From assembly GCA_966211495.1 (NCBI GenBank), contig CBIHOT010000020.1:5188-69187 (forward strand): a DNA stretch of 64,000 bases. The letters run 5' to 3'. The stretch comes from an uncultured Roseateles sp. GTDB taxonomy: Bacteria > Pseudomonadota > Gammaproteobacteria > Burkholderiales > Burkholderiaceae_C. Shown piece after piece: positions 20,095-28,736 of this stretch (position 1 is the first letter of the stretch; every line of letters begins with the position of its first letter). The position numbers and the translations under genes were made by a program. Under the pieces are notes generated by a model. The model did no database searches. It was not told where the DNA came from and was given only the letters and a program-made list of their open reading frames with translations.

Positions 20095-20733
20095 TCAGGA
20101 CAGCATCCGCATGGCGGCTTCTAGCTGCTCGGTGGGCAGGCGCTTGAAGCCCGAGCGGGCATACCGCTGCAGCCGACCGATGATGAAGCTCACCAGCACC
20201 GAGGCCTGGGCCTGGGCTTCCACCGTGGGCGTGCTGGAGCCCGAGGCTTCCGCGGCGGAGCGCAGCGCCTGACGCAGGGAGGACTCGACCTTGTCGAAGA
20301 ATTGATTCATCCGGGCGACCAGCCGATCGTTTTCATAAACGAGGGCGTCGCCCACCATCACCCGGGTCATGCCGGGATTGCGTTCGCCGAACTGCAGCAG
20401 GACGGCGACGATGCGCTGGGCCTGGGCCAGGCCCGAGGGCTCGCGCTCGGCGATCTGGTTGAGCAGGGAGAAGATGCTGGACTCGATGAATTCGATCAGT
20501 CCTTCAAACATCTGCGCCTTGCTGGCGAAATGGCGATACAGCGCGGCTTCGCTGACTTCCAGGCGCGCGGCCAGGGCGGCGGTCGTGACCCGCTCCGCGC
20601 CTGGCTGTTCCAGCATGCTGGCCAGGGTTTGAAGGATCTGCACGCGGCGTTCACCGGGCTTGAGGCGCTTGCGCGGCAGCTCAGCGGCTTTGGTCGCGGC
20701 GGTATCCGTGGTGTCGGGGGGGCTGGTATGCAT
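20095..20733 (-). CDS. slmA: Nucleoid occlusion factor SlmA (TetR family)
   Basis: Closely parallels E. coli SlmA in ILQTLASMLEQP…TTAALAARLEVSEAALYRHFASKAQMFEGLIEFIE…FGERNPGMTRV. Confidence 0.85.
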   Translation of the reverse strand: MHTSPPDTTDTAATKAAELPRKRLKPGERRVQILQTLASMLEQPGAERVTTAALAARLEVSEAALYRHFASKAQMFEGLIEFIESSIFSLLNQIAEREPSGLAQAQRIVAVLLQFGERNPGMTRVMVGDALVYENDRLVARMNQFFDKVESSLRQALRSAAEASGSSTPTVEAQAQASVLVSFIIGRLQRYARSGFKRLPTEQLEAAMRMLS

Positions 20734-20865
20734 AGGCGGGGCCAGAACGAGTGCGTGGATTCTGGCACATGCTTTGCCCTCGCCCGGTGAGCGACGCCCC
20801 CGATCCGGTTCGCCGCCCCTTCTCTGCCGCCTGGGTCGGGGCCGACACCGGCCCCGGTCAAGCCC

Positions 20866-21552
20866 TCAGTCGCGCAGCCAGCCGAGCCTGCGGGCCTCGT
20901 AGATGGCTTCCACCTTGGAGCGCACCTGCAGCTTGCGATAGGTGCGTTTCACGTAGGTCATGATGGTGTGCGGAGACACATTCATGAACTGGGCGATTTC
21001 GTCGAAGGTGAATCCCTTGGCGGCCAGGTGCAGCACGCGCGACTCCTGTTCCGAGAGGGCGACCACCTGTTCATCGACCAGCGGCATCGAGGCCGAGTCG
21101 GTGAAGCCGCGGGTGCCGTGGCCGTTCTGCGGCGCCAGGCGCAGCAGCAGCCGGCGGGCGATGACCGGGCTGATGGGGCTGCCACCGGCGCGCAGCGAGC
21201 GCAGCTGGCCGGGCAGGTCCAGCGCGAGCGAGTCCTTCAGCAGGTAGCCGGTGGCGCCGGCTTCAATGCTGGAGAGCACATGCTGCTCGTCACCGAAGAC
21301 CGAGATGACCATCACCTCGCATTCGGGCGCCACATGGGCGGCATGACGGATCAGCTCGATGCCGGATCCTCCGGGCAGGTCGAGGTCGACCAGCAGCACA
21401 TCGGGGCGCGTCTGGTCGAACATTTTCCGGCCTTGCGGCAGGTCGGTGGCCATGCCGACCAACCGGATATCTGGCGCCTTCTCTAGCGCATGGGCGAACC
21501 CTTCGCGGAAGCGAAGTTGGTCCTCGACGATCAAGACGCTGAACAGTGACAT
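20866..21552 (-). CDS. Response regulator, NarL/FixJ (LuxR HTH) family
   Basis: Receiver domain (VLIVEDQ, VLLVDLDLPGGSG) plus a LuxR-type HTH (LSEQESRVLHLAAKGFTFDEIAQFMNVSPHTIMTYVKRTYRKLQV). No adjacent sensor kinase. Confidence 0.9.
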   Translation of the reverse strand: MSLFSVLIVEDQLRFREGFAHALEKAPDIRLVGMATDLPQGRKMFDQTRPDVLLVDLDLPGGSGIELIRHAAHVAPECEVMVISVFGDEQHVLSSIEAGATGYLLKDSLALDLPGQLRSLRAGGSPISPVIARRLLLRLAPQNGHGTRGFTDSASMPLVDEQVVALSEQESRVLHLAAKGFTFDEIAQFMNVSPHTIMTYVKRTYRKLQVRSKVEAIYEARRLGWLRD

Positions 21553-21840
21553 GCATTCCCTCACGGCTTAGAGGCCGTCCCAGCACATTCTGTGTGTCAG
21601 CACAACACACCGGCAATCCCCAGCTTGGAGTGGAGTGACCAAAGACAGGTCGGGTGCTGGGTGTGCCGCAGGAATGACTGGTTCTCCCTCGAGGAGCGCT
21701 CAAGGGCAAGGGGTGCTCCTGCTGCGTTTCAAAATGTTGTGGAACACGGTGCCCTACGCCGGTGGATCCCCCGCATTCCGGGGAGTGCGCCCACAGGCGC
21801 ATCGAATGGATGCAGCGGTTTCCGAGTGGCGATGTCGGTG

Positions 21841-22497
21841 TCAGAGGCGCGATTTCAGCTCACGCAGCCGTGACACCCGGTGATCCACGAAGGCGGGCCG
21901 ATGCGGCTGCGGGGTGGGCGACCAGCCGCGCATCCACACGGTGGACATGCCCAGCCTGCGGGCGGCCTTGAGGTTGGCGAGACTGTCCTCGACGAGGATG
22001 CATTGGCTGGGGGAAACACGCAGGCGTGCGCACACATGGCGAAACATCCGCACATCGGGTTTGGGTCGCCAGTGGCCGAAGATCTGCATCTCCTCCACCG
22101 TGATGACGGCATCGAAGACCTGCAAAAGATTCAAAGCGCGCAGCACGCGCCGCGCGTAGCGGGCCGGTGCGTTGGTCAGCAGCACCTTGCGGCCGCGCAG
22201 GCGTCGCAGCCAGGCGATGTCCGGTGCCGAGGCCCGCAGGCCTTCTTCCAGCCGCGGCAGGGCGTGGGTTTCATCGAGAAAGTGCGAGCCGACGATGGCG
22301 TGATGCCGCACGAGGCCCAGCAGCGTGGCGCCATACCGACGCCAATAGCGGCGCCGCAGGTCCTGCGCCTCTTCGCCGCTGACGCCGAGGTGGCGAACGA
22401 TGTAGTCGTTCATCGCCACCCCCAACTCCGCGAAGATCCCCGCGGACGCGTGATGCAGCGTGTCGTCCAGATCAAACAGCCAGACCGGCTCCTGCAT
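21841..22497 (-). CDS. HAD-IA hydrolase, pyrimidine 5'-nucleotidase-like
   Basis: HAD motif I WLFDLDDTL, motif II LLTNAP and a motif III/IV region ILVEDSLANLKAA. Confidence 0.8.
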   Translation of the reverse strand: MQEPVWLFDLDDTLHHASAGIFAELGVAMNDYIVRHLGVSGEEAQDLRRRYWRRYGATLLGLVRHHAIVGSHFLDETHALPRLEEGLRASAPDIAWLRRLRGRKVLLTNAPARYARRVLRALNLLQVFDAVITVEEMQIFGHWRPKPDVRMFRHVCARLRVSPSQCILVEDSLANLKAARRLGMSTVWMRGWSPTPQPHRPAFVDHRVSRLRELKSRL

Positions 22498-22512
22498 CGG
22501 GTCGAGAGAAAC

Positions 22513-23454
22513 TCAATGCGAGCGGATCATCGTGCCGTAGGCTTGCTCCGAGAGGATCTCCAGCAGCATCGCATGCGGCACCCGGCCGTCGATGATGTGC
22601 ACCGCCTTCACGCCGCTGCGGGCAGCATCCAGCGCGGAAGCGATCTTCGGCAGCATGCCGCCGGAGAGCGTGCCGTCCGCAAACAGCTCGTCGATCTCGC
22701 GGGCGGAGAGATCGGTCAGCAGGTTGCCCGCCTTGTCCAGCACCCCGGGGGTATTGGTCAGCAGCACCAGCTTCTCGGCCTTCAGCACTTCCGCCAGCTT
22801 GCCGGCCACCACATCGGCATTGATGTTGTAGCTTTCGTTGCTCTCGCCAAAACCGATGGGGCTGATGACCGGGATGAACTGGTCGTCCTGCAGCGCCTTC
22901 ACCACGCTGGGGTCGATGGCGACGATATCGCCCACCTGACCGACGTCATGTTCCTTGGCCGGATCGTCCTTGTCGACCATCTTCAGCTTCTTGGCGCGGA
23001 TCATGCCGCCATCGCGACCGGTCAGGCCCACCGCCTTGCCACCGGCCACGTTGATCAGGCCGACGATGTCCTGCTGCACCTCACCGGCCAGCACCCATTC
23101 GACGACGCTCATCGTCTCTTCGTCAGTCACGCGCATGCCCTGGATGAAGTGACCCTTCTTGCCGAGCTTGTTCAGCGCGTCCTCGATCTGCGGGCCACCG
23201 CCATGCACCACCACCGGATTCAGGCCGACCAGCTTCAGCAGCACCACGTCTTCGGCGAAGTCCTGCTGCAGGGCCGGATCGGTCATGGCGTTGCCGCCGT
23301 ATTTGATGACGATCGTCTTGCCGTGGTACTTGCGGATGTAGGGCAGCGCCTGGGACAGCAGCTCAGCCTTGTCCCGCGGGGGGATGTGGCTCAGGTCGCC
23401 TTGGGCGTGTCCGACCGGGGTCGGGGTGGCGGGCGCGGAGGAATCTGGCTTCAT
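22513..23454 (-). CDS. argB: Acetylglutamate kinase
   Basis: Track ORF extends to 23535. The signature is [22 protein letters not shown]…[10 protein letters not shown]…[11 protein letters not shown]. The likely start is MKPDSS at 23454. Confidence 0.94.
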   Translation of the reverse strand: MKPDSSAPATPTPVGHAQGDLSHIPPRDKAELLSQALPYIRKYHGKTIVIKYGGNAMTDPALQQDFAEDVVLLKLVGLNPVVVHGGGPQIEDALNKLGKKGHFIQGMRVTDEETMSVVEWVLAGEVQQDIVGLINVAGGKAVGLTGRDGGMIRAKKLKMVDKDDPAKEHDVGQVGDIVAIDPSVVKALQDDQFIPVISPIGFGESNESYNINADVVAGKLAEVLKAEKLVLLTNTPGVLDKAGNLLTDLSAREIDELFADGTLSGGMLPKIASALDAARSGVKAVHIIDGRVPHAMLLEILSEQAYGTMIRSH

Positions 23455-23511
23455 GGTGCGGTCCGGGCTGGAAGCTGATGAAAAACTCGGGCGGATTGTA
23501 GGACCGGCACA

Positions 23512-24429
23512 ATGCCGGACATGCAAGTCCAGCACTATTTGAAACTATCGGTCGTCGTCGCCCTGGTGACCATCGCCCTGAAGATGGCGGCCTGGCACTG
23601 GACCGGATCGGTCAGCCTGTTCTCCGACGCGATGGAGTCGCTGGTCAATCTGGCCGGGGCGCTGTTCGGCCTGGGCATGGTCACCATTGCCCGTCGCCCA
23701 CCGGATGAGGACCATCCCTTCGGCCACCACAAGGCGGAGTATTTCTCTAGCGCCTTTGAAGGCGCGCTGATTCTGGTGGCGGCCCTGGGCATCGCCTGGA
23801 CCGCCATCGACCGCCTTCGCGCGCCGCAGCCGATCCAGTCGCTGGACATCGGCCTGGTGCTCTCCCTCATCAGCACCGTCATCAACGGTGTCCTGGCCTG
23901 GGCCATGCTCAAGGCCTCGCGGGAGCATCGGTCCATCGCGCTGGAAGCGGATGCCCGCCACTTGTTCACCGACGTCTGGACCTCGGTGGGCGTGGTCATC
24001 GGCCTGCTGGGCGTGCGCTTCACCGGCTGGACCTGGCTGGACCCGCTGCTGGCCCTGCTGGTGGCGCTGAACATCCTGCGCGAGGCGGTGCACCTGATGT
24101 GGCGCTCCACCGGCGGCCTGATGGACCAGGCGCTGTCGTCCGAAGACCAGCTGGCCATCAACGGGGTGCTGCAGCGCTTCGCGGGTCCCGAACTGCGGTT
24201 TGACCATGTGGCCACGCGCATGGCGGGTCAGCGTCGTTATGTCGACCTCCACCTGCACCTGCCGGCGCCCTGGACCCTGGGCCGGGCGGCGGCATTGCGG
24301 GGCGAGGTGGAACAGGCGCTGATGCAGGCACTGCCCGGCTTGCGGGCCAGCATCCAGTTGCTGCCGGTCAATGTGGAAACCCGCTTTGATGAAATCGAGT
24401 GCACGCCCCCTCACGCTCACAAGCCATGA
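23512..24429 (+). CDS. Cation diffusion facilitator family transporter
   Basis: Six TM segments, with CDF motifs [22 protein letters not shown] and [10 protein letters not shown], plus a C-terminal cytoplasmic domain. Confidence 0.88.
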   Translation: MPDMQVQHYLKLSVVVALVTIALKMAAWHWTGSVSLFSDAMESLVNLAGALFGLGMVTIARRPPDEDHPFGHHKAEYFSSAFEGALILVAALGIAWTAIDRLRAPQPIQSLDIGLVLSLISTVINGVLAWAMLKASREHRSIALEADARHLFTDVWTSVGVVIGLLGVRFTGWTWLDPLLALLVALNILREAVHLMWRSTGGLMDQALSSEDQLAINGVLQRFAGPELRFDHVATRMAGQRRYVDLHLHLPAPWTLGRAAALRGEVEQALMQALPGLRASIQLLPVNVETRFDEIECTPPHAHKP

Positions 24430-24863
24430 TCGCTCTCCTCCAACGTGTGAAGCATGCCCGCGTCGATGTGGGAGACCGCTGCACCGGCGCCATCGACGCC
24501 GGCTTCCTGCTGCTCTTGTGCGCTGAACCGCAGGACACCCCGGCCACGGCCGAGAAGCTCATCCAGAAGGTGCTCAAGCTGCGGGTCTTCAGCGATGAAG
24601 CCGGCAAGATGAACCGCAGCCTGCAGGACACTGGCGGTGGCCTGCTGATCGTCTCGCAATTCACCCTGGCCGCCGACACGTCCAGCGGCAACCGCCCCAG
24701 CTTCACCGGCGCCGCACCGGCCGCTCTGGGCCGGGAACTCTATGAGCATGCCGTCGCCTATGCTCGGGCCCAGCATCCCATCGTCGCCACCGGAGAGTTC
24801 GGTGCCGACATGCAGGTCAGCCTCGTCAACGACGGCCCCGTCACCATTCCGATCCGCCTGTGA
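24426..24863 (+). CDS. dtd: D-aminoacyl-tRNA deacylase
   Basis: [13 protein letters not shown]… and [17 protein letters not shown]…NDGPVT. The ATG overlaps the upstream stop (ATGA). Confidence 0.93.
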   Translation: MIALLQRVKHARVDVGDRCTGAIDAGFLLLLCAEPQDTPATAEKLIQKVLKLRVFSDEAGKMNRSLQDTGGGLLIVSQFTLAADTSSGNRPSFTGAAPAALGRELYEHAVAYARAQHPIVATGEFGADMQVSLVNDGPVTIPIRL

Positions 24864-24886
24864 TCGATCAGAAAGAGACTCGCATC

Positions 24887-25270
24887 ATGATCAGCTACGT
24901 CACCCTCGGCAGCAATGACCGCATCAAGGCCAAAGCCTTCTTTGATGCGGCCCTGGCCCCTCTGGGCCTCACGGCGTCCTATGCGGATGATGAGATGGTG
25001 GGCTATGGGCCGCGCGGTGGGGAGACCCAGTTGTGGGTGGTCCAGCCGTTTGATGGCCTGGATGCCGTGGCAGGCAACGGCAACATGCTGGCGCTGGCGG
25101 CCTCCACCCGGGCGCAGGTCGATGAGGTGCATGCGGCCGCATTGGCGGCAGGCGGCCGGGATGAGGGCCGTCCGGGGGTGCGGGAGCAATACGGTCCGAA
25201 CTTCTACGCCGCGTATTTCCGCTCGCCGGAAGGCCACAAACTCGCCATCGTCTGCCGCACGCCGGCCTGA
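24887..25270 (+). CDS. VOC (glyoxalase/bleomycin-resistance) family protein
   Basis: 127 aa, MISYVTLGSNDRIKAKAFFDAAL…YAAYFRSPEGHKLAIV, typical of small VOC-fold proteins. The track ORF starts at 24860. Confidence 0.8.
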   Translation: MISYVTLGSNDRIKAKAFFDAALAPLGLTASYADDEMVGYGPRGGETQLWVVQPFDGLDAVAGNGNMLALAASTRAQVDEVHAAALAAGGRDEGRPGVREQYGPNFYAAYFRSPEGHKLAIVCRTPA

Positions 25271-25281
25271 TCCATCACTGA

Positions 25282-25353
25282 GCGATCCGCCCGGCGATCC
25301 ACACAGCAATCCGCCCAGCAAAAAGCCCAGCAAAAAGCCAAGAAAAAAGCCCG
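25282..25353. repeat. Degenerating 12-bp tandem array (6 units)
   Basis: GCGATCCGCCCG / GCGATCCACACA / GCAATCCGCCCA / GCAAAAAGCCCA / GCAAAAAGCCAA / GAAAAAAGCCCG. It begins 12 nt after the VOC stop. The last unit runs into the terminator stem. Confidence 0.85.
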
Positions 25354-25367
25354 CCGGATGGCGGGCT
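25342..25367 (-). terminator. Rho-independent terminator of the Bug-family gene
   Basis: Stem AGCCCGCC/GGCGGGCT (25348-25355/25360-25367) with a GGAT loop. On the minus strand it is followed by TTTTTT. Confidence 0.8.
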
Positions 25368-25389
25368 TGTGGGCGGGCGAAGCCGCAGT

Positions 25390-25428
25390 CTCAGTCGGCC
25401 TGCTCAGTCGGCCTGCTCAGTCGGCGTA
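25390..25428. repeat. 13-bp tandem repeat (3 units) spanning the Bug-gene stop codon
   Basis: CTCAGTCGGCCTG (25390-25402), CTCAGTCGGCCTG (25403-25415) and CTCAGTCGGCGTA (25416-25428). The third unit holds the real stop (TCA 25417-25419 = TGA on minus) and the last codons. Confidence 0.9.
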
Positions 25429-26382
25429 CTGACCCGCCGCCTTGATCACCGGCCCCCACTTGTTGATCTCGGCTTCCACAAACTTCTTGTGGTCGGCCGG
25501 ATTCACCCGTGCGTCGGTCACGATCACCGCGCCCAGCGCTTCCTCGCGCTTGTGGAAGTCAGCATCCTTCAGAGCCGTCTTCAGGGCGGTGTTGATCTTG
25601 TCCAGCACCGGCTTGGGCGTGCCCTTCGGCGCGTACAGACCGTGCCAGATCGTCACGTTGAAGCCCTTCAGACCGGCTTCATCCAGCGTCGGCAGCTTGG
25701 CCAGCCCGCCGCCCAGACGCTTGGGAGTGGTCACCGCAAACGCCTTCACCTTGCCGCTTTCGATCTGGCTGGTGGTGTTGGTCGTCTGGTCACACATGAT
25801 GTCGACCTGACCGCCGATCAGATCCGTCATCGCCGGGCCGGTGCCCTTGTACGGCACCGTCGTCATGTCGGTCTTCAGCGTGCTCTGATACAGCAGCCCG
25901 CACAGGTGCGACGCGGAGCCCAGACCCGCATTGGCCAGGTTGATCTTGCCCTTGTTGCCATCGATCCACTTCGCCAGTTCCGCATAGCTGCTGGCCGGCA
26001 GCGTCGGACGGGAGATGATGGTCATGGGCACTTCGTTGATCAGGCCCAGGTATTCGAAGTCGTCCAGCGTCTTGTACTGCAGATTGCGGTAGAGCGAGGG
26101 CGAGGTCGCCATGCCGATGTGATGCAGCAGCAGGGTGTAGCCATCGGGCGAAGCCTTGGACACCTTGGTCGCGCCCAGCGTGCCGCCGGCACCCCCGACG
26201 TTCTCGATCACGATGGTGGCATTGAGCGGTTTGCGCAGGGCTTCGGCCAGATCACGGGCCACCTTGTCGGTCGGGCCACCGGCGGCAAACGGCACGACGA
26301 TGGTCACCGGCTTCTCGGGGTAGTCGGCCCAGGCGGCGCCCACGCTCAACGCCGCGATGCAGGCGAACAAAGTCTTCTTCAT
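25417..26382 (-). CDS. Bug family (TctC-like) tripartite tricarboxylate transporter substrate-binding protein
   Basis: Signal peptide, YPEKPVTIVVPFAAGGPTD, GGAGGTLG and VPYKGTGPAMTDLIGGQVD are Bug/TctC hallmarks. No tctAB is adjacent. Confidence 0.92.
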   Translation of the reverse strand: MKKTLFACIAALSVGAAWADYPEKPVTIVVPFAAGGPTDKVARDLAEALRKPLNATIVIENVGGAGGTLGATKVSKASPDGYTLLLHHIGMATSPSLYRNLQYKTLDDFEYLGLINEVPMTIISRPTLPASSYAELAKWIDGNKGKINLANAGLGSASHLCGLLYQSTLKTDMTTVPYKGTGPAMTDLIGGQVDIMCDQTTNTTSQIESGKVKAFAVTTPKRLGGGLAKLPTLDEAGLKGFNVTIWHGLYAPKGTPKPVLDKINTALKTALKDADFHKREEALGAVIVTDARVNPADHKKFVEAEINKWGPVIKAAGQYAD

Positions 26383-26491
26383 GGCTGTCTTCCATCAGGA
26401 GTGTGTGGTGGCAGCGATGCTAAAGAACCAGACCCCGGTGCGACTAGCGGAAACTACGTAAGGGTGGCCGCGTGAAGGCCGAACCAGCTCT

Positions 26492-27385
26492 GTGGCGGGG
26501 CAGCACCCAGAGGCTTCTTTCTACACGAGGCGCTCAGCGTCCTTCCCCATGCACGCACTCCGTCCCGCTGTCACCACGATGGCTCACCATGACATCTCGA
26601 TCGATACAGGACGATCCGATCCGCCATTGCTGCGTGAAGCCGTCAATTCGGTCATCCGCTCCATCCACTACAACGAATTTGATGCGAACCTTCTCCTGCG
26701 GCTGATGGCTTCGAAGGATCCGGCGATTGCGGAACTCCGTCCGGACAGCAAGGCGCAATACGTCGCTTTGTGTGAGGCCATCGCGAACTTCCGCAGCCTT
26801 TATGCAGGCAGCATCAGGTCGGACCGCCCGTCGTTGATGCCAGAGCGCTTTGCCCTGCCTGATCCCTTGCGGCAAAGCCATGCCAGTCAGGCGCGCCTGG
26901 ACCGGTCCACGCTGGACCGCATCACGGCCCATCTGTCCGAGATCAGCGCCAAGCACCAGAGCGCCTCGGTGATGGACATGGGGTTTCAAATGGCCGTTCT
27001 GAACAAGGTCGCCCTCGGCGTCGTGCCCAGGCCAGCCATCCTCCTCGACGCCGAGGCGTTCATGAAGTCTTATCACCCCCCGCGAACCACCACCGACCCT
27101 CATACCCTCGGCATTGGCAGAGGGCCCAGCGTGCCCCAGCAATTCACGACGAAGCTCAAGCAAAGCATCACGGCCTTCGAGCGACTGGAGGACTTGGGGA
27201 ACAGGGTCGTCATGAAGCAACTGGGGGCGCAGCGCGAAGCCTACATCGATACGTTTGTGAAGGCGCAGAACGCCGCGGGTCAATGCGATCTGGCGGCTTT
27301 CAATAAGCACCTCCAGACGCTGGAGCACCTGTCGTCGACGGCGAAACGTCGATCGCTGGATCGGGTCTCGATCTCCGCGACCTGA
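26492..27385 (+). CDS. Hypothetical protein with no recognisable domain; start uncertain (GTG 26492, ATG 26549 or ATG 26579)
   Basis: Long ORF in a locally less GC-rich stretch with more A/T-ending codons than its neighbours. No TM segment, signal peptide or motif that I recognise, and no obvious SD at any candidate start. Confidence 0.55.
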   Translation: MAGQHPEASFYTRRSASFPMHALRPAVTTMAHHDISIDTGRSDPPLLREAVNSVIRSIHYNEFDANLLLRLMASKDPAIAELRPDSKAQYVALCEAIANFRSLYAGSIRSDRPSLMPERFALPDPLRQSHASQARLDRSTLDRITAHLSEISAKHQSASVMDMGFQMAVLNKVALGVVPRPAILLDAEAFMKSYHPPRTTTDPHTLGIGRGPSVPQQFTTKLKQSITAFERLEDLGNRVVMKQLGAQREAYIDTFVKAQNAAGQCDLAAFNKHLQTLEHLSSTAKRRSLDRVSISAT

Positions 27386-27446
27386 CGACCGGCGGGCTGC
27401 TCAGGCCCACCACTCAGCCCCTTCACTGAGGCCTGAACTCCGGCCC

Positions 27447-27767
27447 TCAATCGTCCTGCCACTGCAGCAGCCGCCGCTTCAGATCGTCCTGAAGCTTGCG
27501 CACATCGGCGGCGCTGCGGCAGATGCGCGTCTCCCATTCCGGGCTGCGGGCGGGACGCTTGGCCAGTCGCGCGGTCAACTGGTCGGCGCCCGCCTCCAGG
27601 GTCAGGACCTCCTGCCCCTCGAAGCTGAAGGCCGAGCCGCGCTCGGTCAGCGATCGCAGGTCCCGCAGGGCGCGCTTGAGTTGCACCAGTGCGGCCTCCG
27701 GGTTGAACGGTGGCAGGGCGAAGAAATCACCGGGGGCTTCCTGAGGATGTTGAGGGTCTTGGGTCAT
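27447..27767 (-). CDS. Hypothetical small protein (106 aa)
   Basis: ORF with host-like codon bias, divergent from the Crp-family gene. No domain recognised. Confidence 0.55.
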   Translation of the reverse strand: MTQDPQHPQEAPGDFFALPPFNPEAALVQLKRALRDLRSLTERGSAFSFEGQEVLTLEAGADQLTARLAKRPARSPEWETRICRSAADVRKLQDDLKRRLLQWQDD

Positions 27768-27894
27768 GGTGTCTCCACAAGTTCAGCCGGTCACGGCGCT
27801 GTTTGACATTTCAACAAGCGTACAGCGACATTCCTAGGGTCAACCCCGGGGCGGATTTTCCCGAAGAGGGACTGTCCGTACAGTGTCAACCGAC

Positions 27895-27911
27895 GGCACG
27901 ATGATCGTGCC
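27895..27911. promoter_or_regulatory. Perfect 8-1-8 palindrome abutting the Crp-family start codon (candidate operator)
   Basis: GGCACGAT-G-ATCGTGCC at 27895-27911, immediately followed by ATG 27912. A 1-nt loop rules out an RNA hairpin, so a dimeric protein-binding site is the likelier reading. Confidence 0.45.
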
Positions 27912-28736
27912 ATGTCTCTGCCTGCAACGTCGCTGTCCCTGGAGACCCGCCCTGAGCCGCCGCGTGCGGTCCGGGCATCCGTGCGCGATCGGGCGAGAGC
28001 GGCTTTGCCGCGGGAACTGTCGGCCGTGCCCTGGTTGTCAGGGCTCACCCCCGCCGAACGACAGCAGGTCTCGAACGGCATGCTCGTGGTGGAGGTGATG
28101 CCCGGGGAGGCGCTGTGTCGCAGCGGACGTGCGGCCAGCTACTGGTTCGGGGTGCTCGAAGGCCTGCTTCGGCACAGCGACCCGGCCGACAAGGGCAAGC
28201 CCACCGGGTTTGGCGGCGTCGCTCCCGGCGGCTGGTGCTGCGAGGACACGCTGCTGCAACGCGCGCCGTATCGATGCGATGTGCGGGCCTTGCGGCGCAG
28301 TGTGGTGGCGGCGTTGCCGGTCGAGGACTTTCATGCGCTCCTGGGGAGCAGCCTCGGCTTCAATCAGTATCTGCTGTTCCAGCTGCATGAGCGGCTGGGA
28401 CAGGTGGCCACGCTGCGCGACTTGGAGCGACGCAGCGACCCGGACCTACGGGTGGCTCGGCACCTGGCGGCTTTGTCGCATCCCCGGCTTCATCCGGGCG
28501 TGGGGGAATTGCTGCGCATCACCCAGCAGGAGCTGGGGCAACTGGTGGGGCTGTCGCGTCAGCGGGTGAATGAGGCGCTGGGACGACTGGAAACCGAGCG
28601 CTTGATCAAGGTGGCGTACGGGGGCGTGCAGGTGCTGGACGCCGCCGGGCTGCAGCAGTTCGGCAGCCCTTCGGTTCAGGCGCCCCTCACGCTCCGAACG
28701 GCGTCGGCTCCGGTTGCTGCGGCGGACACGCCTTGA
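27912..28736 (+). CDS. Crp/Fnr family transcriptional regulator
   Basis: A cNMP-binding-like domain (GEALCRSGRAASYWFGVLEGLL) plus a C-terminal HTH (ITQQELGQLVGLSRQRVNEALGRLETERLIKV). Confidence 0.85.
   Translation: MSLPATSLSLETRPEPPRAVRASVRDRARAALPRELSAVPWLSGLTPAERQQVSNGMLVVEVMPGEALCRSGRAASYWFGVLEGLLRHSDPADKGKPTGFGGVAPGGWCCEDTLLQRAPYRCDVRALRRSVVAALPVEDFHALLGSSLGFNQYLLFQLHERLGQVATLRDLERRSDPDLRVARHLAALSHPRLHPGVGELLRITQQELGQLVGLSRQRVNEALGRLETERLIKVAYGGVQVLDAAGLQQFGSPSVQAPLTLRTASAPVAAADTP

Noticed and set aside
21553-21840. The 288-nt gap upstream of the orphan LuxR-type response regulator, considered for a hidden small gene or sRNA.
   Set aside because: It contains only weak hairpins (AGGAGC…GCTCCT) and shadow ORFs without SD or codon bias. 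I cannot support anything specific from sequence alone.
24858-24872. The palindromes TGATCGATCA at the dtd stop and CTGATCAG/TGATCGATC after the OXA stop (about 40514-40550), considered as a shared regulatory motif.
   Set aside because: They are short, GATC-based, and largely explained by a TGA stop followed by common dinucleotides. Two occurrences are not enough to claim a motif without a genome-wide count.
25282-25428. The short direct-repeat arrays here and at 46290 and 53398, considered as CRISPR arrays.
   Set aside because: The units are 9-13 bp and directly adjacent, with no 25-40 nt unique spacers. No cas genes are in the window. These are simple tandem repeats.
27803-27814. TTGA-CATT-TCAA, considered as an FNR/CRP box in the Crp-gene upstream region.
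   Set aside because: The half-site spacing is N4 between TTGA and TCAA, whereas the FNR consensus TTGAT-N4-ATCAA corresponds to N6. A 12-mer with 4-bp arms is expected by chance.
27871-27884. ACTGT-CCGT-ACAGT, considered as a second LexA box.
   Set aside because: The spacer is 4 nt rather than the 8 nt of CTGT-N8-ACAG, so it does not fit the SOS box of this lineage.
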